In this document: positions 1 to 13,364 of the stretch, piece after piece
Position numbering within the stretch: position 1 is the stretch's first letter
How the letters are laid out: every line of letters starts with the position of its first letter
Origin: Squalus acanthias
Taxonomy: Eukaryota
DNA: 64,000 bases
NCBI GenBank assembly: GCA_030390025.1
Contig: JASTWF010000033.1
Span: 2,358,001-2,422,000 of the forward strand
Direction of reading: 5' to 3'
Position numbers and translations under genes: made by a program
Notes under the pieces: generated by a model
What the model was told of the DNA's origin: nothing
The model's input: only the letters and a program-made list of their open reading frames with translations
Database searches by the model: none

Positions 1-838
1 ATTGATTTAAATATTAGCGAAATGTGATGTCATCCACTTCGGAAATAAAAAGGGGCTTTTAGAATACACTCTATACAATGTTAAGCTGGAAACAGTTGAG
101 ATCCAAATAGACTTAAGGGTCCATGTACATATATCATTTAATGGTCATGGACAGGTACAGAAAAGAATGAAAAAGGCTGAATGAAAGGTGATACTTATGT
201 CTATAGGATGACAATATAAGGGGGAGAAATTATGCAACAGCCATACAAAGCACTGGTTAGACCACACCTGGAGTACTGTGTGCAGTTCTGGGCATCACAC
301 CTTAGTATTAGGCTTAAAAAGTGAAGCGTAGATTTACCAGAATGATACACAGAGTCCAAGGGACAAATTACAATGGGAGATTGCACAAACTAGGGATATA
401 TTCCTTGGAATTTAAATGCTGACGTGGTGATTTGATTGAAGTATTCACGATATTAGGTGGAACTGATAGTGTCGATAGAGCGAAGCTATTTCCGATGATT
501 GGCCCGCCTAGGAGTACGGGACACAGACTCAACATTAGTTCCAAGCCTTTCAGGAGAGAAGTTAGGAAAGGCTTCTACATGGAATGAGTGGCAGAAATTT
601 GTAACACACTTCCGCAAACAGCATTTAAATCTGGGTCAGTTGGCAATGTTAAACTTGAGATTGACAGATGTTGGTTAACCAAAGTATTAAGGAATCTGGA
701 GCAAAGGGATGCAAACGGAGTTCGATCGCAGATCCAATTGAACGGCAGAAAGGCTCGAGCGGTTAAAATGCCTTGTTCTGTTGTTATTCTCATTGCTAAA
801 GGATCAGAGCACGAATGCAGAAATGAATATCGTCATTC

Positions 839-843
839 AAAAA
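839..843 (-). terminator. Pol III T5 terminator of the tRNA gene (same position in copies 1-19)
   Basis: Minus strand reads ...GGGCG-CTG-TTTTT, three bases after the discriminator. Confidence 0.85.
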
Positions 844-846
844 CAG

Positions 847-919
847 CGCCCGAACAGGGACTTGAACCCTGGACCCTCAGATTAAAAGTCTGATGCTCTA
901 CCGACTGAGCTATCCGGGC
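847..919 (-). tRNA. tRNA-Lys-TTT: tRNA-Lys(TTT), copy 1
   Basis: Reverse complement GCCCGGATAGCTCAGTCGGTAGAGCATCAGACTTTTAATCTGAGGGTCCAGGGTTCAAGTCCCTGTTCGGGCG. Full cloverleaf, anticodon TTT, intact A and B boxes; matches the conserved vertebrate tRNA-Lys3 sequence. Confidence 0.98.
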
Positions 920-1094
920 ACTTGCTGACTCAATCTCACAAAAGGACTTTCATTGGCTGCAGTGCATCATTGCACCTTCGACAAATTCCATTTTCTTGTC
1001 CATAATCCAGCCTGTGCAGCTCATTTCTCCCACAAATCCAGTTTAACTGCCTCAAACCGGCTTCACGCCAGAAATATTCTCCCTCTCACAAGCG

Positions 1095-1372
1095 ACATGC
1101 TCTTTAGCAGTGGCGTCAAATGTGACAACTGCCGTCCCTCAAATATCTGTATTGGATCTTCAACTTTTCACCGTATTTACGATTGACTCGGATGGAGCAA
1201 TTGAGCGATGTAGATCCAAGTTTGAAGATCGCACTAAGTTAGAAGGTCCGGTCGTAGTGCAAATGGGAACGGGAGCAAACCAAAGGGACAGAGACAGACG
1301 GAGTAAGTCGGCAAACAAAAGGCAAATCGAGTTCACTGTGCCCAAGTGTGACTGCATCCACCTTGCAACATT
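1095..1372 (+). mobile_element. Decayed CR1 LINE RT fragment A (representative; present in every array unit)
   Basis: VPQISVLDLQLFTVFTIDSD...SKFEDRTKLEG...QIEFTVPKCDCIHL resembles CR1 ORF2 VPQGSVLGPQLFTIYINDLD...SKFADDTKLGG...QMEFNVGKCEVIHF. Confidence 0.85.
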
Positions 1373-1429
1373 ATGAGATAGTTCGGAGTATTTTCTAAAT
1401 AATTGGAACCAATTAACTGTTGAGGAGTA

Positions 1430-2575
1430 AAGAGGTTTATGAGCCCCAGTTCACAAATCATTAGTAGCTGGCAGACATGGAGCAAAATACAATTTTATTG
1501 ATCTGGTTAGGAAATTGTTTGCGCGACAGGAGACGCATTTTACGGATAATGATCTGTTACTTTATTTGGCAGGATATGACGAGTGCCGTCCGTGAGGGAT
1601 CTCTTATGTGGCCTCATCCATTCACCGATTTTATTAACGACTTACTTGATGGGATTGAGAGCCAAACATTCAAGTTTAATGATGACAAAATAGATAGGCG
1701 GCATTATAAGCAGTACAGGTGGAAGCAAGAAATTTGCCCAGATATTCATCGATTATGTGAATGGGCAAATCTGTGGCAAATTGATTTAAATATTAGCGAA
1801 ATGTGATGTCATCCACTTCGGAAATAAAAAGGGGCTTTTAGAATACACTCTATACAATGTTAAGCTGGAAACAGTTGAGATCCAAATAGACTTAAGGGTC
1901 CATGTACATATATCATTTAATGGTCATGGACAGGTACAGAAAAGAATGAAAAAGGCTGAATGAAAGGTGATACTTATGTCTATAGGATGACAATATAAGG
2001 GGGAGAAATTATGCAACAGCCATACAAAGCACTGGTTAGACCACACCTGGAGTACTGTGTGCAGTTCTGGGCATCACACCTTAGTATTAGGCTTAAAAAG
2101 TGAAGCGTAGATTTACCAGAATGATACACAGAGTCCAAGGGACAAATTACAATGGGAGATTGCACAAACTAGGGATATATTCCTTGGAATTTAAATGCTG
2201 ACGTGGTGATTTGATTGAAGTATTCACGATATTAGGTGGAACTGATAGTGTCGATAGAGCGAAGCTATTTCCGATGATTGGCCCGCCTAGGAGTACGGGA
2301 CACAGACTCAACATTAGTTCCAAGCCTTTCAGGAGAGAAGTTAGGAAAGGCTTCTACATGCAATGAGTGGCAGAAATTTGTAACACACTTCCGCAAACAG
2401 CATTTAAATCTGGGTCAGTTGGCAATGTTAAACTTGAGATTGACAGATGTTGGTTAACCAAAGTATTAAGGAATCTGGAGCAAAGGGATGCAAACGGAGT
2501 TCGATCGCAGATCCAATTGAACGGCAGAAAGGCTCGAGCGGTTTAAAATGCCTTGTTCTGTTGTTAATCTCATTG
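1430..2575 (+). mobile_element. Decayed CR1 LINE 3' fragment B with RT C-terminus and 3' UTR (representative; present in every unit)
   Basis: WLGNCLRDRR, FINDLLDGIES, LCEWANLWQ, KCDVIHFG, YKALVRPHLEYCVQFW, GDLIEVFTIL across frameshifts; ends in ttgaacggcagaaaggctcgagcgg, similar to the CR1 3' UTR at 63960-64000. Left boundary approximate. Confidence 0.9.
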
Positions 2576-2626
2576 CTAAAGGATCAGAGCACGAATGCAG
2601 AAATGAATATCGTCATTCAAAAACAG

Positions 2627-2699
2627 CGCCCGAACAGGGACTTGAACCCTGGACCCTCAGATTAAAAGTCTGATGCTCTACCGACTGAGCTATCCGGGC
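2627..2699 (-). tRNA. tRNA-Lys-TTT: tRNA-Lys(TTT), copy 2
   Basis: Identical to copy 1. Confidence 0.97.
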
Positions 2700-4403
2700 A
2701 CTTGCTGACTCAATCTCACAAAAGGACTTTCATTGGCTGCAGTGCATCATTGCACCTTCGACAAATTCCATTTTCTTGTCCATAATCCAGCCTGTGCAGC
2801 TCATTTCTCCCACAAATCCAGTTTAACTGCCTCAAACCGGCTTCACGCCAGAAATATTCTCCCTCTCACAAGCGACATGCTCTTTAGCAGTGGCGTCAAA
2901 TGTGACAACTGCCGTCCCTCAAATATCTGTATTGGATCTTCAACTTTTCACCGTATTTACGATTGACTCGGATGGAGCAATTGAGCGATGTAGATCCAAG
3001 TTTGAAGATCGCACTAAGTTAGAAGGTCCGGTCGTAGTGCAAATGGGAACGGGAGCAAACCAAAGGGACAGAGACAGACGGAGTAAGTCGGCAAAACAAA
3101 AGGCAAATCGAGTTCACTGTGCCCAAGTGTGACTGCATCCACCTTGCAACATTATGAGATAGTTCGGAGTATTTTCTAAATAATTGGAACCAATTAACTG
3201 TTGAGGAGTAAAGAGGTTTATGAGCCCCAGTTCACAAATCATTAGTAGCTGGCAGACATGGAGCAAAATACAGTTTTATTGACCTGGTTAGGAAATTGTT
3301 TGCGCGACAGGAGACGCATTTTACGGATAATGATCTGTTACTTTATTTGGCAGGATATGACGAGTGCTGTCCGTGAGGGATCTCTTATGTGGCCTCATCC
3401 ATTCACCGATTTTATTAACGACTTACTTGATGGGATTGAGAGCCAAACATTCAAGTTTAATGATGACAAAATAGATAGGCGGCATTATAAGCAGTACAGG
3501 TGGAAGCAAGAAATTTGCCCAGATATTCATCGATTATGTGAATGGGCAAATCTGTGGCAAATTGATTTAAATATTAGCGAAATGTGATGTCATCCACTTC
3601 GGAAATAAAAAGGGGCTTTTAGAATACACTCTATACAATGTTAAGCTGGAAACAGTTGAGATCCAAATAGACTTAAGGGTCCATGTACATATATCATTTA
3701 ATGGTCATGGACAGGTACAGAAAAGAATGAAAAGGCTGAATGAAAGGTGATACTTATGTCTATAGGATGACAATATAAGGGGGAGAAATTATGCAACAGC
3801 CATACAAAGCACTGGTTAGACCACACCTGGAGTACTGTGTGCAGTTCTGGGCATCACACCTTAGTATTAGGCTTAAAAAGTGAAGCGTAGATTTACCAGA
3901 ATGATACACAGAGTCCAAGGGACAAATTACAATGGGAGATTGCACAAACTAGGGATATATTCCTGGAATTTAAATGCTGACGTGGTGATTTGATTGAAGT
4001 ATTCACGATATTAGGTGGAACTGATAGTGTCGATAGAGCGAAGCTATTTCCGATGATTGGCCCGCCTAGGAGTACGGGACACAGACTCAACATTAGTTCC
4101 AAGCCTTTCAGGAGAGAAGTTAGGAAAGGCTTCTACATGGAATGAGTGGCAGAAATTTGTAACACACTTCCGCAAACAGCATTTAAATCTGGGTCAGTTG
4201 GCAATGTTAAACTTGAGATTGACAGATGTTGGTTAACCAAAGTATTAAGGAATCTGGAGCAAAGGGATGCAAACGGAGTTCGATCGCAGATCCAATTGAA
4301 CGGCAGAAAGGCTCGAGCGGTTAAAATGCCTTGTTCTGTTGTTATTCTCATTGCTAAGGATCAGAGCACGAATGCAGAAATGAATATCGTCATTCAAAAA
4401 CAG

Positions 4404-4476
4404 CGCCCGAACAGGGACTTGAACCCTGGACCCTCAGATTAAAAGTCTGATGCTCTACCGACTGAGCTATCCGGGC
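4404..4476 (-). tRNA. tRNA-Lys-TTT: tRNA-Lys(TTT), copy 3
   Basis: Identical to copy 1. Confidence 0.97.
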
Positions 4477-6181
4477 ACTTGCTGACTCAATCTCACAAAA
4501 GGACTTTCATTGGCTGCAGTGCATCATTGCACCTTCGACAAATTCCATTTTCTTGTCCATAATCCAGCCTGTGCAGCTCATTTCTCCCACAAATCCAGTT
4601 TAACTGCCTCAAACCGGCTTCACGCCAGAAATATTCTCCCTCTCACAAGCGACATGCTCTTTAGCAGTGGCGTCAAATGTGACAACTGCCGTCCCTCAAA
4701 TATCTGTATTGGATCTTCAACTTTTCACCGTATTTACGATTGACTCGGATGGAGCAATTGAGCGATGTAGATCCAAGTTTGAAGATCGCACTAAGTTAGA
4801 AGGTCCGGTCGTAGTGCAAATGGGAACGGGAGCAAACCAAAGGGACAGAGACAGACGGAGTAAGTCGGCAAAACAAAAGGCAAATCGAGTTCACTGTCCC
4901 CAAGTGTGACTGCATCCACCTTGCAACATTATGAGATAGTTCGGAGTATTTGCTAAATAATTGGAACCAATTAACTGTTGAGGAGTAAAGAGGTTTATGA
5001 GCCCCAGTTCACAAATCATTAGTAGCTGGCAGACATGGAGCAAAATACAGTTTTATTGACCTGGTTAGGAAATTGTTTGCGCGACAGGAGACGCATTTTA
5101 CGGATAATGATCTGTAACTTTATTTGGCAGGATATGACGAGTGCCGTCCGTGAGGGATCTCTTATGTGGCCTCATCCATTCACCGATTTTATTAACGACT
5201 TACTTGATGGGATTGAGAGCCAAACATTCAAGTTTAATGATGACAAAATAGATAGGCGGCATTATAAGCAGTACAGGTGGAAGCAAGAAATTTGCCCAGA
5301 TATTCATCGATTATGTGAATGGGCAAATCTGTGGCAAATTGATTGAAATATTAGCGAAATGTGATGTCATCCACTTCGGAAATAAAAAGGGCTTTTAGAA
5401 TACACTCTATACAATGTTAAGCTGGAAACAGTTGAGATCCAAATAGACTTAAGGGTCCATGTACATATATCATTTAATGGTCATGGACAGGTACAGAAAA
5501 GAATGAAAAAGGCTGAATGAAAGGTGATACTTATGTCTATAGGATGACAATATAAGGGGGAGAAATTATGCAACAGCCATACAAAGCACTGGTTAGACCA
5601 CACCTGGAGTACTGTGTGCAGTTCTGGGCATCACACCTTAGTATTAGGCTTAAAAAGTGAAGCGTAGATTTACCAGAATGATACACAGAGTCCAAGGGAC
5701 AAATTACAATGGAGATTGCACAAACTAGGGATATATTCCTTGGAATTTAAATGCTGACGTGGTGATTTGATTGAAGTATTCACGATATTAGGTGGAACTG
5801 ATAGTGTCGATAGAGCGAAGCTATTTCCGATGATTGGCCCGCCTAGGAGTACGGGACACAGACTCAACATTAGTTCCAAGCCTTTCAGGAGAGAAGTTAG
5901 GAAAGGCTTCTACATGGAATGAGTGGCAGAAATTTGTAACACACTTCCGCAAACAGCATTTAAATCTGGGTCAGTTGGCAATGTTAAACTTGAGATTGAC
6001 AGATGTTGGTTAACCAAAGTATTAAGGAATCTGGAGCAAAGAGATGCAAACGGAATTCGATCGCAGATCCAATTGAACGGCAGAAAGGCTCGAGCGGTGA
6101 AAATGCCTTGTTCTGTTGTTATTCTCATTGCTGAAGGATCAGAGCACGAATGCAGAAATGAATATCGTCATTCAAAAACAG

Positions 6182-6253
6182 CGCCCGAACAGGGACTTGA
6201 ACCCTGGACCCTCAGATTAAAAGTCTGATGCTCTACCGACTGAGCTATCCGGC
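6182..6253 (-). tRNA. tRNA-Lys-TTT: tRNA-Lys(TTT), copy 4, 1-nt deletion in acceptor stem
   Basis: tatccggcac instead of tatccgggcac (72 nt); homopolymer indel, possibly a sequencing error. Confidence 0.8.
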
Positions 6254-7954
6254 ACTTGCTGACTCAATCTCACAAAAGGACTTTCATTGGCTGCAGTGCA
6301 TCATTGCACCTTCGACAAATTCCATTTTCTTGTCCATAATCCAGCCTGTGCAGCTCATTTCTCCACAAATCCAGTTTAAACTGCCTCAAACCGGCTTCAC
6401 GCCAGAAATATTCTCCCTCTCACAAGCGACATGCTCTTTAGCAGTGGCGTCAAATGTGACAACTGCCGTCCCTCAAATATCTGTATTGGATCTTCAACTT
6501 TTCACCGTATTTACGATTGACTCGGATGGAGCAATTGAGCGATGTAGATCCAAGTTTGAAGATCGCACTAAGTTAGAAGGTCCGGTCGTAGTGCAAATGG
6601 GAACAAACCAAAGGGACAGAGACAGACGGAGTAAGTCGGCAAAACAAAAGGCAAATCGAGTTCACTGTGCCCAAGTGTGACTGCATCCACCTTGCAACAT
6701 TATGAGATAGTTCGGAGTATTTTCTAAATAATTGGAACCAATTAACTGTAGAGGAGTAAAGAGGTTTATGAGCCCCAGTTCACAAATCATTAGTAGCTGG
6801 CAGACATGGAGCAAAATACAGTTTTATTGTCCTGGTTAGGAAATTGTTTGCGCGACAGGAGACGCATTTTACGGATAATGATCTGTTACTTTATTTGGCA
6901 GGATATGACGAGTGCCGTCCGTGAGGGATCTCTTATGTGGCCTCATCTATTCACCGATTTTATTAACGACTTACTTGATGGGATTGAGAGCCAAATATTC
7001 AAGTTTAATGATGACAAAATACATAGGCGGCATTATAAGCAGTACAGGTGGAAGCAAGAAATTTGCCCAGATATTCATCGATTATGTGAATGGGCAAATC
7101 TGTGGCAAATTGATTTAAATATTAGCGAAATGTGATGTCATCCACTTCGGAAATAAAAAGGGGCTTTTAGAATACACTCTATACAATGTTAAGCTGGAAA
7201 CAGTTGAGATCCAAATAGACTTAAGGGTCCATGTACATATATCATTTAATGGTCATGGACAGGTACAGAAAAGAATGAAAAAGGCTGAATGAAAGGTGAT
7301 ACTTATGTCTATAGGATGACAATATAAGGGGGAGAAATTATGCAACAGCCATACAAAGCACTGGTTAGACCACACCTGGAGTACTGTGTGCAGTTCTGGG
7401 CATCACACCTTAGTATTAGGCTTAAAAAGTGAAGCGTAGATTTACCAGAATGATACACAGAGTCCAAGGGACAAATTACAATGGGAGATTGCACAAACTA
7501 GGGATATATTCCTTGGAATTTAAATGCTGACGTGGTGATTTGATTGAAGTATTCACGATATTAGGTGGAACTGATAGTGTCGATAGAGCGAAGCTATTTC
7601 CGATGATTGGCCCGCCTAGGAGTACGGGACACAGACTCAACATTAGTGCCAAGCCTTCAGGAGAGAAGTTAGGAAAGGCTTCTACATGGAATGAGTGGCA
7701 GAAATTTGGTAACACACTTCCGCAAACAGCATTTAAATCTGGGTCAGTTGGCAATGTTAAACTTGAGATTGACAGATGTTGGTTAACCAAAGTATTAAGG
7801 AATCTGGAGCAAAGGGATGCAAACGGAGTTCGATCGCAGATCCAATTGAACGGCAGAAAGGCTCGAGCGGTTAAAATGCCTTGTTCTGTTGTTATTCTCA
7901 TTGCTGAAGGATCAGAGCACGAATGCAGAAATGAATATCGTCATTCAAAAACAG

Positions 7955-8027
7955 CGCCCGAACAGGGACTTGAACCCTGGACCCTCAGATTAAAAGTCTG
8001 ATGCTCTACCGACTGAGCTATCCGGGC
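7955..8027 (-). tRNA. tRNA-Lys-TTT: tRNA-Lys(TTT), copy 5
   Basis: Identical to copy 1. Confidence 0.97.
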
Positions 8028-9733
8028 ACTTGCTGACTCAATCTCACAAAAGGACTTTCATTGGCTGCTGTGCATCATTGCACCTTCGACAAATTCCATT
8101 TTCTTGTCCATAATCCAGCCTGTGCAGCTCATTTCTCCCACAAATCCAGTTTAACTGCCTCAAACCGGCTTCACGCCAGAAATATTCTCCCTCTCACAAG
8201 CGACATGCTCTTTAGCAGTGGCGTCAAATGTGACAACTGCCGTCCCTCAAATATCTGTATTGGATCTTCAACTTTTCACCGTATTTACGATTGACTCGGA
8301 TGGAGCAATTGAGCGATGTAGATCCAAGTTTGAAGATCGCACTAAGTTAGAAGGTCCGGTCGTAGTGCAAATGGGAACGGGAGCAAACCAAAGGGACAGA
8401 GACAGTCGGAGTAAGTCGGCAAAACAAAAGGCAAATCGAGTTCACTGTGCCCAAGTGTGACTGCATCCACCTTGCAACATTATGAGATAGTTCGGAGTAT
8501 TTTCTAAATAATTGGAACCAATTAACTGTTGAGGAGTAAAGAGGTTTATGAGCCCCAGTTCACAAATCATTAGTAGCTGGCAGACATGGAGCAAAATACA
8601 GTTTTATTGACCTGGTTAGGAAATTGTTTGCGCGACAGGAGACGCATTTTACGGATAATGATCTGTTACTTATTTGGCAGGATATGACGAGTGCCTGTCC
8701 GTGAGGGATCTCTTATGTGGCCTCATCTATTCACCGATTTTATTAACGACTTACTTGATGGGATTGAGAGCCAAACATTCAAGTTTAATGATGACAAAAT
8801 AGATAGGCGGCATTATAAGCAGTACAGGTGGAAGCAAGAAATTTGCCCAGATATTCATCGATTATGTGAATGGGCAAATCTGTGGCAAATTGATTGAAAT
8901 ATTAGCGAAATGTGATGTCATCCACTTCGGAAATAAAAAGGGGCTTTTAGAATACACTCTATACAATGTTAAGCTGGAAACAGTTGAGATCCAAATAGAC
9001 TTAAGGGTCCATGTACATATATCATTTAATGGTCATGGACAGGTACAGAAAAGAATGAAAAAGGCTGAATGAAAGGTGATACTTATGTCTATAGGATGAC
9101 AATATAAGGGGGAGAAATTATGCAACAGCCATACAAAGCACTGGTTAGACCACACCTGGAGTACTGTGTGCAGTTCTGGGCATCACACCTTAGTATTAGG
9201 CTTAAAAAGTGAAGCGTAGATTTACCAGAATGATACACAGAGTCCAAGGGACAAATTACAATGGGAGATTGCACAAACTAGGGATATATTCCTGGAATTT
9301 AAATGCTGACGTGGTGATTTGATTGAAGTATTCACGATATTAGGTGGAACTGATAGTGTCGATAGAGCGAAGCTATTTCCGATGATTGGCCCGCCTAGGA
9401 GTACGGGACACAGACTCAACATTAGTTCCAAGCCTTTCAGGAGAGAAGTTTGGAAAGGCTTCTTCATGGAATGAGTGGCAGAAATTTGTAACACACTTCC
9501 GCAAACAGCATTTAAATCTGGGTCAGTTGGCAATGTTAAATTTGAGATTGACAGATGTTGGTTAACCAAAGTATTAAGGAATCTGGAGCAAAGGGATGCA
9601 AACGGAGTTCGATCGCAGATCCAATTGAACGGCAGAAAGGCTCGAGCGGTTAAAATGCCTTGTTCTGTTGTTATTCTCATTGCTGAAGGATCAGAGCACG
9701 AATGCAGAAATGAATATCGTCATTCAAAAACAG

Positions 9734-9806
9734 CGCCCGAACAGGGACTTGAACCCTGGACCCTCAGATTAAAAGTCTGATGCTCTACCGACTGAGCTAT
9801 CCGGGC
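9734..9806 (-). tRNA. tRNA-Lys-TTT: tRNA-Lys(TTT), copy 6
   Basis: Identical to copy 1. Confidence 0.97.
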
Positions 9807-11512
9807 ACTTGCTGACTCAATCTCACAAAAGGACTTTCATTGGCTGCAGGTCATCATTGCACCTTCGACAAATTCCATTTTCTTGTCCATAATCCAGCCT
9901 GTGCAGCTCATTTCTCCCACAAATCCAGTTTAACTGCCTCAAACCGGCTTCACGCCAGAAATATTCTCCCTCTCACAAGCGACATGCTCTTTAGCAGTGG
10001 CGTCAAATGTGACAACTGCCGTCCCTCAAATATCTGTATTGGATCTTCAACTTTTCACCGTATTTACGATTGACTCGGATGGAGCAATTGAGCGATGTAG
10101 ATCCAAGTTTGAAGATCGCACTAAGTTAGAAGGTCCGGTCGTAGTGCAAATGGGAACGGGAGCAAACCAAAGGGACAGAGACAGTCGGAGTAAGTCGGCA
10201 AAACAAAAGGCAAAACGAGTTCACTGTGCCCAAGTGTGACTGCATCCACCTTGCAACATTATGAGATAGTTCGGAGTATTTTCTAAATAATTGGAACCAA
10301 TTAACTGTTGAGGAGTAAAGAGGTTTATGAGCCCCAGTTCACAAATCATTAGTAGCTGGCAGACATGGAGCAAAATACAGTTTTATTGACCTGGTTAGGA
10401 AATTGTTTGCGCGACAGGAGACGCATTTTACGGATAATGATCTGTTACTTTATTTGGCAGGATATGACGAGTGCCGTCCGTGAGGGATCTCTTATGTGGC
10501 CTCATCTATTCATCGATTTTATTAACGACTTACTTGATGGGAAGAGAGCCAAACATTCAAGTTTAATGATGACAAAATAGATAGGCGGCATTATAAGCAG
10601 TACAGGTGGAAGCAAGAAATTTGCCCAGATATTCATCGATTATGTGAATGGGCAAATCTGTGGCAAATTGATTGAAATATTAGCGAAATGTGATGTCATC
10701 CACTTCGGAAATAAAAAGGGGCTTTTAGAATACACTCTATACAATGTTAAGCTGGAAACAGTTGAGATCCAAATAGACTTAAGGGTCCATGTACATATAT
10801 CATTTAATGGTCATGGACAGGTACAGAAAGGAATGAAAAAGGCTGAATGAAAGGTGATACTTATGTCTATAGGATGACAATATAAGGGGGAGAAATTATG
10901 CAACAGCCATACAAAGCACTGGTTAGACCACACCTGGAGTACTGTGTGCAGTTCTGGGCATCACACCTTAGTATTAGGCTTAAAAAGTGAAGCGTAGATT
11001 TACCAGAATGATATACAGAGTCCAAGGGACAAATTACAATGGGAGATTGCACAAACTAGGGATATATTCCTTGGAATTTAAATGCTGACGTGGTGATTTG
11101 ATTGAAGTATTCACGATATTAGGTGGAACTGATAGTGTCGATAGAGCGAAGCTATTTCCGATGATTGGCCCGCCTAGGAGTACGGGACACAGACTCAACA
11201 TTAGTTCCAAGCCTTTCAGGAGAGAAGTTTGGAAAGGCTTCTTCATGGAATGAGTGGCAGAAATTTGTAACACACTTCCGCAAACAGCATTTAAATCTGG
11301 GTCAGTTGGCAATGTTAAACTTGAGATTGACAGATGTTGGTTAACCAAAGTATTAAGGAATCTGGAGCAAAGGGATGCAAACGGAGTTCGATCGCAGATC
11401 CAATTGAACGGCAGAAAGGCTCGAGCGGTTAAAATGCCTTGTTCTGTTGTTATTCTCATTGCTGAAGGATCAGAGCACGAATGCAGAAATGAATATCGTC
11501 ATTCAAAAACAG

Positions 11513-11585
11513 CGCCCGAACAGGGACTTGAACCCTGGACCCTCAGATTAAAAGTCTGATGCTCTACCGACTGAGCTATCCGGGC
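11513..11585 (-). tRNA. tRNA-Lys-TTT: tRNA-Lys(TTT), copy 7
   Basis: Identical to copy 1. Confidence 0.97.
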
Positions 11586-13291
11586 ACTTGCTGACTCAAT
11601 CTCACAAAAGGACTTTCATTGGCTGCAGTGCATCATTGCACCTTCGACAAATTCCATTTTCTTGTCCATAATCCAGCCTGTGCAGCTCATTTCTCCCACA
11701 AATCCAGTTTAACTGCCTCAAACCGGCTTCACGCCAGAAATATTCTCCCTCTCACAAGCGACATGCTCTTTAGCAGTGGCGTCAAATGTGACAACTGCCG
11801 TCCCTCAAATATCTGTATTGGATCTTCAACTTTTCACCGTATTTACGATTGACTCGGATGGAGCAATTGAGCGATGTAGATCCAAGTTTGAAGATCGCAC
11901 TAAGTTAGAAGGTCCGGTCGTAGTGCAAATGGGAACGGGAGCAAACCAAAGGGACAGAGACAGACGGAGTAAGTCGGCAAAACAAAAGGCAAATCGAGTT
12001 CACTGTGCCCAAGTGTGACTGCATCCACCTTGCAACATTATGAGATAGTTCGGAGTATTTTCTAAATAATTGGAACCAATTAACTGTTGAGGAGTAAAGA
12101 GGTTTATGAGCCCCAGTTCACAAATCATTAGTAGCTGGCAGACATGGAGCAAAATACAGTTTTATTGACCTGGTTAGGAAATTGTTTGCGCGACAGGAGA
12201 CGCATTTTACGGATAATGATCTGTTACTTTATTTGGCAGGATATGACGAGTGCTGTCCGTGAGGGATCTCTTATGTGGCCTCATCTATTCACCGATTTTA
12301 TTAACGACTTACTTGATGGGATTGAGAGCCAAACATTCAAGTTTAATGATGACAAAATAGATAGGCGGCATTATAAGCAGTACAGGTGGAAGCAAGAAAT
12401 TTGCCCAGATATTCATCGATTATGTGAATGGGCAAATCTGTGGCAAATTGATTTAAATATTAGCGAAATGTGATGTCATCCACTTCGGAAATAAAAAGGG
12501 GCTTTTAGAATACACTCTATACAATGTTAAGCTGGAAACAGTTGAGATCCAAATAGACTTAAGGGTCCATGTACATATATCATTTAATGGTCATGGACAG
12601 GTACAGAAAGGAATGAAAAAGGCTGAATGAAAGGTGATACTTATGTCTATAGGATGACAATATAAGGGGGAGAAATTATGCAACAGCCATACAAAGCACT
12701 GGTTAGACCACACCTGGAGTACTGTGTGCAGTTCTGGGCATCACACCTTAGTATTAGGCTTAAAAAGTGAAGCGTAGATTTACCAGAATGATACACAGAG
12801 TCCAAGGGACAAATTACAATGGGAGATTGCACAAACTAGGGATATATTCCTTGGAATTTAAATGCTGACGTGGTGATTGATTGAAGTATTCACGATATTA
12901 GGTGGAACTGATAGTGTCGATAGAGCGAAGCTATTTCCGATGATTGGCCCGCCTAGGAGTACGGGACACAGACTCAACATTAGTTCCAAGCCTTTCAGGA
13001 GAGAAGTTTGGAAAGGCTTCTTCATGGAATGAGTGGCAGAAATTTGTAACACACTTCCGCAAACAGCATTTAAATCTGGGTCAGTTGGCAATGTTAAACT
13101 TGAGATTGACAGATGTTGGTTAACCAAAGTATTAAGGAATCTGGAGCAAAGGGATGCAAACGGAGTTCGATCGCAGATCCAATTGAACGGCAGAAAGGCT
13201 CGAGCGGTTAAAATGCCTTGTTCTGTTGTTATTCTCATTGCTGAAGGATCAGAGCACGAATGCAGAAATGAATATCGTCATTCAAAAACAG

Positions 13292-13364
13292 CGCCCGAAC
13301 AGGGACTTGAACCCTGGACCCTCAGATTAAAAGTCTGATGCTCTACCGACTGAGCTATCCGGGC
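13292..13364 (-). tRNA. tRNA-Lys-TTT: tRNA-Lys(TTT), copy 8
   Basis: Identical to copy 1. Confidence 0.97.

Noticed and set aside
700..919. tRNA plus LINE 3' tail as a SINE
   Set aside because: The two are on opposite strands, the tRNA is intact with its own terminator, and there are no TSDs.
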